Below are positions 14,701 through 27,495 of a stretch of DNA of 64,000 nt, in pieces. Origin of the DNA: Trichoplax adhaerens (taxonomy: Eukaryota > Animalia > Placozoa); the NCBI RefSeq assembly GCF_000150275.1, contig NW_002060949.1:4160449-4224448 (forward strand), in the 5' to 3' direction. Made by a program: the position numbers and the translations under genes. The notes under the pieces are model-generated. The model had not been told where the DNA came from. It was given only the letters and a program-made list of their open reading frames with translations, and did not search any database. The stretch's first letter is position 1. Each line of letters opens with the position of its first letter.

Positions 14701-16650
14701 GAAAAGGTTTTTGTAATTCATAAAACTGTAAATTAAAATACCAGAACAAAATAGCTATATAATTATGAACTATAGGACATTCATGTAATGATATAGTTCA
14801 AGGTATAATTTAATAACTGAATTTCGCAAAAAAATCAAGTGTTATCGTGATATAGTGGATTATAGCAATGCACGACCTAACATTTAAATAATTAATTAAA
14901 ACAGGCTCATAAAACCTTATGGTGCAGGAAAAACTAAAATATGCGCCTCGCTGTATTTTGCTATACTAACAATAGTGATCAATAGTACGTCAATAACCAA
15001 AATGATCAAATATTCAAAGTGAATTTGCCTTAATTAATCTTGAACTACCGGGTGATGGAACTCTTGGTAAAGGTCAATGCAATGGATTGTATGACTAATG
15101 CATCATAATAACACTCCGGAAAACTGTAGTTATTTCATCACAGTGGCAAATTTCATCTCTATCGCAACAAAACTACAAGTTGTTACCGCTATATATCTCG
15201 GCTAAAGTAAATCAATAATAGAATCTGTTATTACCTATATCTTACCATTACAACAAAGTCAAACTAGGCTAGAGACGGGCTTTGGGACAAATACTGCTCA
15301 GAGCATAGCATAAAGTAGGAAAGTGTCATATCTAGATAAATTTAGGGTATAATATCGGATTGCTATATTTAGCTAGGTAGAATGAGTCCGGATAAATTAA
15401 GTAATCATGTTTTAATATCTTAATTTTATTGTAAAGATATTCATTAGGTCAAACATTACTTAAAAATAAATTTGACGCAATCAATAAATAACATTTGTGC
15501 AGACTGATAATTATTACATGCATGTATCAAATGCTTGAAGTTTATTTTATAGAATCCAATAGTTATATTTAGCTACGGATCTAGACACCGTATTTTCAAA
15601 ATTTTGGTACCATACGTGATGAAGCAATTTGAGTTAAGTAAAAGTTTGAAATGATTTTTTCCCATAAATTAATATTAATAAAGGAAGTTTAAATAAGTAT
15701 AAGCACCACTAATGGAACATGGTCTTGCAGCATGGTTGTATTAAAATCAGACTAAAATTAGACTAATTTTAATTATCATCTTCGTCTTAAGTTAGATAAC
15801 TGTATTAGATAATCTCTTTACTGCAAAATTTCAACCTTTCTGGTTTAAAAATGTTACTTCATGCCTAATAACTCTTTATATTATATTAGTCATGATTAAA
15901 TGTGATAATTACAGAAAATAATTCAGATTAAAAATTTCTTTCCATCCCATCAGACAAATCCTTATATTCATAATTTAAAGCTTATACACATCTGATTTAA
16001 AATAATGTTAGTTACATTTATTTATCATCATTATTTACTAAAAATAAACATATGTAACTAATAATAGAGATTAATTAATATTACTGTATGTTAATACTTA
16101 AGATCGAAAGAAATTTTTAATTCTATCGTTTAAGGAAATGCATTTATTATTTTATTAAAGTAATTTCTGTTATTAATAATTAACTTACTATATTACTAAA
16201 ACATATTCTATTTACTATAGAAGCTAATATGACGACATGATAGCTAAAAATAGCTAACAGCGTATGATAATTTCGTAGTTACACAAATACTACCCCGTGA
16301 ATACTAGAATTTCTTTCCTTTAATTGAGTTTTATTACCGATGTCTGTCGGTGTGCATCATCAACATAAAACCATAGCATGTTTACCATTTTATGAAGTAC
16401 CTGTAAATCATCAGCTAAAATTATTTAGCTTTTCTACAGTGTTTATCTGCTTTAGCATACATGTCTTTCATACTTAATCATTAACAATTCATCGAGAGAA
16501 CTTCAATTAAATAATATTTATATATAAGCTCACTAATGAAAGCATGTCAAGCCTATATTGTGATCAATTTATTGATTTGCTATTTACCGCCCTCTTACCG
16601 GATCACCTGATAACAAAAATTTTGTTTATGCATATCTCAATTTCTGAAGG

Positions 16651-16737
16651 TATAAAAGCCCAAGACTTTACGTCTATATCACAGAATTTATATCCAAACG
16701 ATCAAATCGCAAACATCAAGTAATTCTACCTTCAACA
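16651..16737 (+). promoter_or_regulatory. TATA box and non-coding first exon of insulin-like gene 2
   Basis: TATAAAA at 16651, donor cttcaaca|GTAAGC at 16738, acceptor ctAG at 16965-16966 upstream of ATG 16992. Confidence 0.65.
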
Positions 16738-16991
16738 GTAAGCTTACGAAAGAAAATTTTTAATATCTTAAATTCTTATCTACTTAATTTATACATGTAA
16801 CACTGTCAAATTGCATTAAACGTTGCAGAAAAAGCGCTTACAGAAGCATTACTATAGAAGAAATGTTAATTGTCTACTGTAAATTTTAGAAATTAAACAG
16901 TTTTAACCAATTTTTAATATTCAAATAGCATATGATTTAATCATTACTTATTTATTTCCTATCTAGCGATCGCTTAATTTTTTAAAACAAA

Positions 16992-17487
16992 ATGGGATCC
17001 CGCCAAATCACTTTAATTGCCTTGATTCTTCTTGCATTTATCATTATTGACGTCAATTGCAGTGAACCACGGCAATTCTGTGCTCCTGATTGCTTCGACT
17101 GGCTAGTAGAAAATTGTCCTCCATTTAATCCTGCCAGATCAGGTATATATAGCAATCGATCAAAAGAAGTTGCGGCTTAGTATTGTACTTCTACGAGTTG
17201 TTAGGAACTACAAGAAAATTAAGTTTAATTCCATAACAGTACGTGATAATGCTTCTATCGTAAATAGTTCTATGTGTAGAATACATCAAAGCTACATTAT
17301 TCTATCATGATTTCTTCTATATACTTAATTTTTTGAATTCTTTTAATATGTTACTGTAGCTATTGGATTAAGGCATTCCTTCCATCATATTCGAAACATC
17401 TACCGTCACGTTGCTCGAGATCTTCATGCTGACTGCTGTGAACAACCTGGTTGTACTGAAGAAACCGTTATTAATTACTACTGCTAG
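16992..17487 (+). CDS. Insulin-like peptide precursor 2 (92 aa)
   Basis: Exons 16992-17142 and 17360-17487 (phase 1): MGSRQITLIALILLAFIIIDVNCSEPRQFCAPDCFDWLVENCPPFNPARSAIGLRHSFHHIRNIYRHVARDLHADCCEQPGCTEETVINYYC*. Confidence 0.9.
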
Positions 17488-17753
17488 CATCAGAGGAATA
17501 CCGTCCAACCAATATCAAGATCTAATCTATCAATAATATTTAAATAGATTGACTGAAATTTATATTATGTAAATTTTTCTCCATTTCAAGGGTAACAAAT
17601 TTCATTTAATCGATCAGCGTTTTACAGGCCAACTTAGTAAATTGCTTCCATATATTTTGCGGAAATCAAGAGCCAGTATGATTTTCAAATCTTAGTGTAT
17701 CTATTTTAAATTTATTGCAGAAACATCCTACGTCACCAATGCGTTTCTATACC

Positions 17754-17862
17754 AAGATAAAGCTCTATGGAAAAATCCATAAAATGTTAATAAAGTAAAT
17801 TTCAAATAAGATAAAAGTTCTATGGAACAATCCATTAAATATTAATAAAGCAAACTTCAAAT
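17754..17862 (+). repeat. 54/55-bp tandem duplication containing AATAAA downstream of ILP2
   Basis: aagataaagctctatggaaaaatccataaaatgttaataaagtaaatttcaaat is followed by a near-identical copy. Confidence 0.8.
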
Positions 17863-20800
17863 CAAATGATTGTGGACTGTACAAAATAGAGATTTAATTC
17901 CATCGCTTATCCATCATAAGAGAATTACTATTCCAACGAGATGATTTTTGCGTCTTTAATTTAAAGTAATTAACTACCCATATCCTAAAGTACCTAATTT
18001 TCGTCTACAATGTTATATACCGATTCCATATTCTACATGTAAACTTTTCTAGAAATAACAACCGAGCCTTTACTACACCTACAGATTTTTACTAATCTTC
18101 GGAGATACTCATATACTGTATATAAAGATATACTTTCTCGTCTATAGTACGCCGTCATTTATGCTAAATGTTTAAGTTATTACCGTATTTGCCATATATT
18201 CTGAATTTGGATATTGAATAGCCTATAATATTAGTATAGTCACGCGTGGCTTTCATACATAGCCGAGATCTATAAATCTTTATTTCTATCCATCAGCGAT
18301 CTTAAGTCATATTGCAACTATTTAAGCTACCATTATCCGATCATAAGTCCCATAATATTAGTCACAAGTTTGTTAAATAGAGTAAATGTAATCTTATTTT
18401 ACTTGTTTAATAATTACTATATTAATAATTTAATTAGTATCATTAATAGCTAATTTTTGATGGCTTTCATAAAAAGATACATAACAAAGGAAAAATAGTT
18501 GTGGCATCAATACTGAAATATTATCCATTTAAAAATTATCACCTGCTACTGTAATTTCATGTTGTCCCGTACTACAGTAAAATCTGTAAATTCTAGGATA
18601 CGATACTATAGCGTAACACTCTAAACATGTTGTAGGATACCTCATAATCAAGTGATTTCTTTAATAATATAATCTTGGCATTCGCTACCTGCTTCATATA
18701 CTGTATATGCTGCAGTGTTTATGGTTACACATTAAAGTTGGTTTTCCAGGAGTATGGTAGTCATCATTCAATACCCATATACCACACATATTACAAATGT
18801 CACAAAATCATCCTATGACATTCTAAATTAGCTAATTAAGTATTCTTAGAGTAAGTAATTCAAATTAAATAATATTTTAAATGGAAGCTTTACATTTCAG
18901 TCTTGGAATGTTAGTATTCATTGCTGGTACCATCGCAGGGTAATCTCATACCTATCTTAGGTTATCGTATTAAATGCATTTTAAGCTAATATCAAGTGTT
19001 CAAATCATGCTTTTAACGAGAAATACTATCTACTACCCTGCAATACAGTATTAATATTCGTCATTATTGTAAACTGTATCTTATAATATCTTCATTTTAG
19101 CTAATTAATTTCTTTACGAGTTAGTATTTAAGGGTTAACGTACGAGCCAAATTTCATTTATTTTTCACCTTCGAAATGTCATCTCATTATGATATAATTC
19201 CATCGAAGGCTTAGATTGCGAACAATAATTATGATAGCAAAGTATTCAAGGAATATGTAAATATTCTCTTTCAGCAAAGAACCTATTACGACAAATTTTT
19301 TCTTTTAATAATGTAATAATCGAAAACCAAGTATTCGTTTTCAAATCGTTTCAGTTACTAATAATTTGTATTTTTAATCGTTTTCAATACTGTCTCAGTA
19401 GACCTGAGAAAGGTTCGGTTCGGTTTAATACATTTATGTTCTATGCCTGTCTGTACATACATACTGTACATTTTCCAGTTCATATTTACGATTAAATCTG
19501 CAATTAAATCACCGTATAACTCTTTATTTTTTGCTAGATATTAATTCGTGAGCTTTCGATCAATACTATAAAATGCATTTATATATTTAAACTAACACAT
19601 CACCATGTATGCAATCCAATTAGATACCGATGCTTAATATTTTATCCGGTGACGTTATAAAATGTAACTCCTGTGCTGTATATTGCTAAGACAGTGTAGC
19701 TATTACCTCTCCGATTTTAAAATTTGTTAATAGACTGCGAAACTTGTCCACCTTACATAATATTTTCCAACATGATATTATTTATTTTTAGGACAGATTA
19801 AGCTTAATACCATAGCTTTTATTTAGAAATATTATTTACAATCTGTTATTCTATAAAGTTTCTTGCACATCATAATTGAGTTCGAATGAAGTAAATAAAT
19901 GATTAGATGAAGTGGGAATAAAGCTTTGGATGCAAAAAAAATTTTTTATTTAGTTTATCAATGGTAATAATAAAAATATAATATAAATTATGATGTCATA
20001 TAGTATAGTGTACAAATATACAGAACTAATATTGATATACAGTTACATAAAAATACATTTAGAAACACGCTATCCACGCATATGAAAGCCAATTGAAATA
20101 TCATGTTTACATCAGGCGTTCTATGAGCCTGTAATAATAAGGCCAGTATTTACCTTTTCTTGAAAATAAGACATTACGATATTGTAGAAATTAACTCTGT
20201 TCACTACTTACCAATACTGTTAATGATCATAAATCATTGCTGATATTTTTATAGCGCAATATTAAATAAAAGATGCATTGTTATTTATAGTTTTTAAAAT
20301 CAATACTCTATCTTATCTTAGAACAGAACATTTCTAATATCAATTCTAGTCCATTCTTTTCTGTATGCATTTAATCAAAAATTCAGTTGGAGCTAAAATT
20401 AACACCTTAAGGTAACTATTCAGCTGCTTCATACTAATGTTGACTTCAAGATATTAAAAAATCAGGTATCCTAAAAATATTTATCTTCTACTAAAATGCT
20501 TTAGCTTTAATGATGTTGTATAGCCATAATGCTCGTCAATAGCTTTAATTAGAAACAGATAGCATTCTTTAAGCGAAAATGTCATCAAAGAAACTATATT
20601 ATAATCTAAAAATATTTTCCCGGTATATCATTGTAGCACTCAATCATTTGTGCATAGAATTAACAGGATTAAAAGCAGTAATAAATTAAGCTACACTCAT
20701 TACTTTTACGATTTTGATTTCCGTAATACATTTTTAATTCTTCCATTATTTACTTTTGTCGTGAACTTAAAAGCTATTTTTATTCATCCTCTGTACAATT

Positions 20801-21154
20801 TAGATTTAATCAAACCTTAACTGCAACCTAACTACTAAGAAAATACTCATAACAATACTATACTAAAACTATATATATCAATTTTATCTAGTTAAATAAT
20901 AATTGCAAAAGCATGATCTTGGTGCGCCATCCTACGATATTTGTATTTAATCATTAATATTGTATATATTTTACACTATCATTTATATCTTTTTCTTTTA
21001 TTAGCACTGTTATTTATAAGTCGAATAAGAGTAGTAAAATACTTAAAACATTCTAATGCTGTGATATGGAATTGCAATCCATTAACTTTGAATTTTATCA
21101 TAATATTGATTCTATTTTTAAGATTTTTACACCTGCCACTGCGAAATGTGAAAC

Positions 21155-21244
21155 TATATAAGGCGGACGAAAACAGTCTAAGATCATTTACTATCACATT
21201 AACGTAGCCAGACTTTGAAAGATCCTCAAGACTTATCTTCAACC
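21155..21244 (+). promoter_or_regulatory. TATA box and non-coding first exon of insulin-like gene 3
   Basis: TATATAA at 21155, donor cttcaacc|GTAAGC at 21245 (nearly identical to ILP2), acceptor ttaAG at 21449-21450. Confidence 0.65.
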
Positions 21245-21475
21245 GTAAGCAAAATAGAAGTTGATCAAACGATTAATTCTTATTACTAATGTTTCATTTC
21301 TTATACAATTGCAAACTATATTAACTTGTATTTTCTACCTTACTTAAATTTTATTGCTATAAAGTCTATAAGTAAAAGAGTCATTGGCTCTTATGTTACA
21401 GCTAGAGTAAATTCTGATCAATTTCCATTAAACTGTTCTACTTTCTTAAGATCAAGTGATACCTTACCTATAAAA

Positions 21476-21984
21476 ATGAAATCTCAAGTATTCGCCATTA
21501 TCGCTTTGGTTGTCGTAGCCATTGTCATCGTTGATGCTACCGGTACACAGCAGCAATTTTGTGCTCCCGATGCATTTGACTGGCTAATTAACAATTGTCC
21601 AACGAAGCGCCATGTAGCAGTAAATGGTATGATGTAACTACAAAATCTATTGATGATAGCAGTAATGACTTGAAAATAGGCTTGAAATCAGTACTGAACT
21701 TATAATTATATTTCAAAAATCGTTGATGATTATTTATGGTTTAACTGCATAATATATCACTTTTTATCTTTTCAACTTTGAGACTAAAGATTAACCCTTT
21801 TCGGTTTATGAAATTATCGATTAACAATTCTACATCATTTTAATTTCGTCTTCTAGGCTTACGATTCCGACGCAGTACACTTCGTCTTCGCCATCTTTAC
21901 CAAAACATAGCCCGAGATCTTCATACGGATTGTTGCGGACAGCCAGGCTGTACTGAAGAAACTGTCATACAAAACTATTGCTAA
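21476..21984 (+). CDS. Insulin-like peptide precursor 3 (92 aa), closest paralogue of ILP2
   Basis: Exons 21476-21626 and 21857-21984 have the same coding lengths as ILP2 (151 and 128 nt): MKSQVFAIIALVVVAIVIVDATGTQQQFCAPDAFDWLINNCPTKRHVAVNGLRFRRSTLRLRHLYQNIARDLHTDCCGQPGCTEETVIQNYC*. Confidence 0.9.
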
Positions 21985-23930
21985 AACAGCAAGAAAATAT
22001 TCAACTAACATGGGAATTTGTTTACAATATATACATGTACTAAGCAATATTGATGTTAAAGCAATTATGCTATAGTTTTATGTTGTGTGTATCAGCTCTT
22101 CCTGATATAAACGGCAAAATTATCCGTTCTCTAATATAGTACTTGCTATATATTGTTAGCTACAGTAGGAGTAGACACTTAGATTATCAATATTTAATCC
22201 ATTAAATCGTGTATTTCATCATCATTTCAGTGGATTGTTGAAAATTTAATAGCTAGAAGTCTGACACTTAAGAATTGGTTAGTGAAATAAAGATATTCAT
22301 CATTAATCAAAAATTGCCTGACATAGATCTAAGATCCCAAGGTTGATAAATAAAGTGATTGATAAAGTTAGATTGCATCTCAATTAAAATTCGTCTAAAT
22401 TTATTTTATTTCTCAATTGGTGACAATTACGTAATCAAGACATTCAAGAACATTCACATAAATATTAATTTCAGATTTGAGACAGCATAAAAAATTAGAC
22501 AACATAGCTGGTATAGCAGTACTGATCTTCCATAAAATTATTAAATATCAGCTGTGATAGTTATAAACTCAGTTTTAATTTGCATCTTTTCACACTATAA
22601 TTCTTCATCTATCACTTAATAAAGATGTATAAATTATCTTATTCGCACTGCACTATCATAAAGGGGCTATTTATTATCAAGGGATAGCCGTATAGTTATT
22701 AACTGTTTTGGAAGTAACAGTACAACTACAGATTAACGTTAGAATTTATTCAAAAATTCATTTATTCTTTTATTCGCCTTCATTGCTTAAAATAGTTTGG
22801 ATATAAAGATGTACTGTAATACTACTCTTGAACCTTATGGAATACCTACTGTGAACTAATTTCATGATTTTTTTGTCTTTCTTATGTTAAATTTAGCTAG
22901 TATAATTTCTGTATCATACTACTACAAATCAACTTAGTAAAACTGAATTAATCGATGCAATATTATGGACATTTGCATGTTTAGTCTAGCCAACAATTCA
23001 TCACAATTTCTAATGATTAACAGGATGATTGCTGTGATGTTCAGATTTTTAACCTATCCGAAGGGATTCAGTTCTAATCCTGTTCCTAGAGTGTTTTTTT
23101 CAAAATATGCGTATATATAGAGTTTACTTAGCAAAGTAAAGCCGATGTTATTTTTATGGTATTGTCACAACCCTCACTTGTGGCAAAGGAAAGTAAAGAA
23201 CTCTAGTGTAGTTACTTAAAACTTGGGCTATTTCTCCCAGTACTTTCAGTTTCTATGAGAGAAGTATTTGAGAACTCGCTTTCTCGGCTGATCTCCACAG
23301 ACAACTGACTAATTATTACACTATTCTTCACGATATGAGTCTTGCCGTTTCTTGAGTAATTACTTACTTTATTCTACAAACACACGCGCTTAAATAGGTT
23401 TCTACAGTGAATCCCAATATTAACGAGTGAGAATTCATGCTTTATAAGTTACATTAATTAGTATAATACCATTACTAAATATACATGTCGATATTCTCAG
23501 ACTTAGATAGCTACAAGCTATCAGGTGTTAAGACGCTTAACCTTCGTCCATATACAGCTCAATTTTTAGAGATTAACACACCTTATAAACCTACAGTAAA
23601 TTAACTGCTAACAACTTCTATTTTTATCTCATTTCTACCATCCTATTATCAGCTACAAGCGCATTAAAACATAGCACATAACCTTATCTTATCTATTCAT
23701 AAGCATTCATTAATTTACAGTTACTTAATTAGTAACGGCGTACCGTGACAGGTATATACGTCAATTCGACAGTCTATAACATGGAATTTTATACTACGGG
23801 AATAGCTATTAATCACGTTGCCAATGCACTTATGCAATTTTTAATAATATTTTATTTCTAATACGAACATACCGTATACTCATGGAATAAGGGATCGTAA
23901 TACGAACACCAAGTTTTACTATCACCTTGA

Positions 23931-24108
23931 TAATTCTTCCTATTATGTAATTGAAAGTCGATTAATGTAATCATTACATATAAGGGTTTATAATTTTATT
24001 AATCTTATCGCTGTACTATAGCTTTAATAATTCCTCCTGTTATATAATTGAAAATCGATTAACATAATTACTATATAAAAGGGTTTTATAATTTTATTAA
24101 AAAGATCG
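23931..24108. repeat. Direct duplication, about 97-bp period
   Basis: taattcYtcctRttatRtaattgaaaRtcgattaa...aagggttt(t)ataattttattaa occurs at 23931 and 24028. Confidence 0.75.
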
Positions 24109-25382
24109 AACGATAGTAAATTAATTAATACAAGCAAAGGTGTGTTGCACTTTCGAGAATAAATTACTTACCTTGGAAAATACGAACGAACCTTTGCAAT
24201 TGAAGCTTATTAATCTGGCCGATCACGAGGTAACCTTATGTTTGTTTATTTATGATAATACTAATCACAATTAAAACTTTTTTTTATCGTTAGCCTTGAT
24301 TATCAAAGAAGCAATGCTTTGGTAGCTTTACATTTGTTCTTTAGGAATATTTTCTGTACGCAATTGTACTTTAAAGTCAAAAATGATACTTATATCGATT
24401 TAATTTTTACTATAAAATTCTTGAATTATATTAAGATTTAATATGCGGCCTGATTAAGTGTACATGAATCGGCTCGATCCTATATCTTTACGAATATTAC
24501 TGATAGCATAGAATCGTATACAGGCACCACGTATTTTAGGTTATTTATTTTAACGCTTCACGTACTAGACATATGTATCAGTACAGAAGTAGGTTTTAGA
24601 TTAACATAGACAACATTTTGAATAGCTAAAAGATCAGTTATTTTTTAACTATTACCTGAGTTATCGTCATTTTAAGAATATGAACTATAGGGTTTTCGAT
24701 GCTACGAGTATTCGACTATTACTGTATATTATTATTTGATATTGAATTATTAAATGGCTTCTTCACTTTGACGGGTATCATAGTACGGTATCAACTCTTT
24801 AACATGATGTAGGCAAGAAAGTTCATTCAAAAGGGATAATTTTAGAGCACTATGTATTTGCGAACGAATGCTTATCCATTAGAACGAAAGGATTATCATT
24901 TAGATTATAATAAATCCATAAGAAACGTCTCCTTATTAATGACAGTCTTAAATTACTTCCTTGTTTTTAACCTAACAATTCACAATTCACTTTCGATACT
25001 GCCATTTTGATACTTAATCCATTACATAACCTTTATTTAGCGTATGAGTTTTAACTTAATCAACACTTACTTTATTGACATTCAGCTCTACACCACATAC
25101 TATCGCCGTATTTCGTAACACATAATTACTGTAATTAGCTGAAATTATTGCACGTTTCTAAAAAAATGAATCATTATTCAAAACGATACGCAATAATGTT
25201 CACTAATGAACGACCATTCAAATATCCTAGGGAATATGTCATTCTATGAATAGTCAAAATTCTTTCTTTTTCTAACATGATTTAATATAAAAGGAGAAAA
25301 GTTTCTAACAATCATTTAGAGGATTAGCACTTGATTCTTGTGTAGTAAAATCAACTGAATTATAAGAACAAAGTTGGTAATA

Positions 25383-26465
25383 ATGCGGTAAGCTATACAC
25401 ACCGAAGAAGCTTAAATGTAAAATGCATCATTAAAACATATTATAGCATTTTTCGGATAATTTAGGGTACAAATGGTATTATACTTAAAGCTGTTATAGC
25501 AAATTTAGACTCTATACGTTATTTCCTACCATATTAAGTAGCTAGCAAGCATAATGATAGTTTCATAATCGAATCAGGATCGCCTGTTATGGCTTTAACT
25601 CCAAACAAAAAGTAGCGAATAGTCCCTGGCGGTAGTAAGAGATTATATTGTTATTTCTGTTTCACCGTAGGACAATTACGGTATTAATTCTATCGCATGA
25701 TTTTCGATATTTATCAACATCGATTTCTCAGCTGTCTTAACTGACCAAACACAGTATACACTAACTTTCTGATTCATTATTGACAGTAGGAGAAAGCAGA
25801 TGAGATACATTGTGATCTTTTTTCTCATGTAAGAGGATAACAATTACTATTTTTTTAGCTATAAAGCTATAGGATATTGCCTGGCAATCTTAATATTGAT
25901 AACAGTACCTGGCTTGCAGGGAGAAACTGTTAGAAAGTTTTGCTTTCCAGATGTTGCTCAGTGGCTGATAGAACATTGTCCTATACATGGAAAGTCAGCA
26001 TATAATTCTCGTAAGTACGAAATTGATCGTTTATTATGAGTATGATACCAAAAACTTGCTTCCCTTCATCGTTTGCGATTTTACCCAACGAATATTCCTA
26101 GTATCGACTTAATAGACGATCGTTGACATAAAATAGACTGATAATATAAAGTACAGTGTATCTGTAATACTACTTTCACATAAGGAAAAATTAATTTTTA
26201 TAGCTCCGCTATTATCGATCTTTATTCATGATCTAGTTTTCCTGTTGAACATCGTAAGCTGCTGTATGCCAACTAATTAATCTTAAATGATGCGAAAAAT
26301 ATCAAAGCCTACGCCAAAGTAAAGTTAATATCTACCTCTTTTTAATTTACTTTTAATTTAGGTTATCTGACCAAATTTATCGTTTCCTCTCTCAAAAACC
26401 TAAACGAAGAGTGTTGTTATACCGCAGGATGTACCGCTGCTAACGTTATTAAAAACTACTGTTAA
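25383..26465 (+). CDS. Insulin-like peptide precursor 4 (86 aa), absent from the ORF track
   Basis: TATAAAA at 25286. Exons 25383-25387 (ATG CG|gtaag), 25859-26010 and 26362-26465: MRYKAIGYCLAILILITVPGLQGETVRKFCFPDVAQWLIEHCPIHGKSAYNSRYLTKFIVSSLKNLNEECCYTAGCTAANVIKNYC*. Confidence 0.85.
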
Positions 26466-27137
26466 AATTTAAAGGTTTTTTTTAATTATAGAGTAAAAGT
26501 GCAAGTACAGTATACAGCGAGGATTCGACTAGTTTAAAATAATAAGAAAAGAGTGCCACAACACTAATCCGCTTGTTATTGACATGCCTTTTTCTTGATA
26601 ATAATGATTAAATTAATTTACAGAAAATAGCTATATTCGGTCTTACTTCTACATAGCGTAGTACCTTAACTGGCTACCATTTATTGCACAACTCGTGATC
26701 ACGTACCGAAAAACTGTAGTGTGCATGTTTATTGGATCCTGATAATTTTATAAATCTTTCGCATAATAAAGAGAATGCATGGTAAACTTAACCAAAACTC
26801 TTTTTAATAAAGCAAAGACTTTTTACTATCTCATTGTCCTCCATTACATAGGCGTTATGTTCAGTAGTAGTTGCAATGACGCTTCCAATTTCCTGGCTAG
26901 ATTTCGTTCGTGTCTTGATTCTTTATCGCAATATTCATAGAAAAGAGTACGTGAATTTAAAATCCAAGCAATCTAGGTCATCGCGTGCAAGATAGCCCTG
27001 ATAATTATATTTAATTATATATAATGTATAACGTATGATACCATAGACGGAAAAATGAGGAAATAAACGTGTATAAATCAGTACTTTCTATCTCGATTTC
27101 CTATTGTATTACCCATAGCAAATAATTAATATACTGT

Positions 27138-27495
27138 ATTAAATTTCAATTTAATCAATGTACGTAGTTACTATATATACATGCTATTGGTCCCATTCGA
27201 TTCTTGATTTCCAATAGCAGTGTTTATGAGGAATAATTTATACGACTGAGTTGGATATATTAAATTTCATTTCAACTAATGTACTGTGCGTAGTTCCTAT
27301 ATACATGCGATTGATCTCTTTCGATTCTTGATTTTCAATAGCAGTGTTTATGAGAAATTATTCATGCAGACGAGTACGTCATATTTCAATTAACTAATGC
27401 ACGCCGTTACTATACACAAGCTATTGGTTTCTTTCGATTCTCGATTCCCAATAGCAGTGTTCATGAGAAATCATAATTTATCCAACCGAGTTGCA
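27138..27495. repeat. Tandem repeat, about 120-bp unit x3
   Basis: ttcgattctYgattYYcaatagcagtgttYatgag occurs at about 27197, 27320 and 27433 with similar flanks. Confidence 0.8.

Noticed and set aside
14920-15100. Hydrophobic stretch that might be a fifth, decayed insulin gene
   Set aside because: No C-x11-C B chain or CC-containing A-chain exon was found nearby.
23020-23100. tRNA-like fragment (GTTCTAATCC followed by a T-run)
   Set aside because: I could not build a cloverleaf, acceptor stem or A-box.
25800-25858. Alternative ILP4 start ATGAGATAC... with a donor at about 25829
   Set aside because: It would need an intron of about 30 nt, far shorter than others here, and the unspliced frame hits a stop.
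27138-27495. CRISPR-like repeat-spacer pattern
   Set aside because: The context is eukaryotic, the intervening sequences are themselves similar, and there are no cas genes. It is an ordinary tandem repeat.
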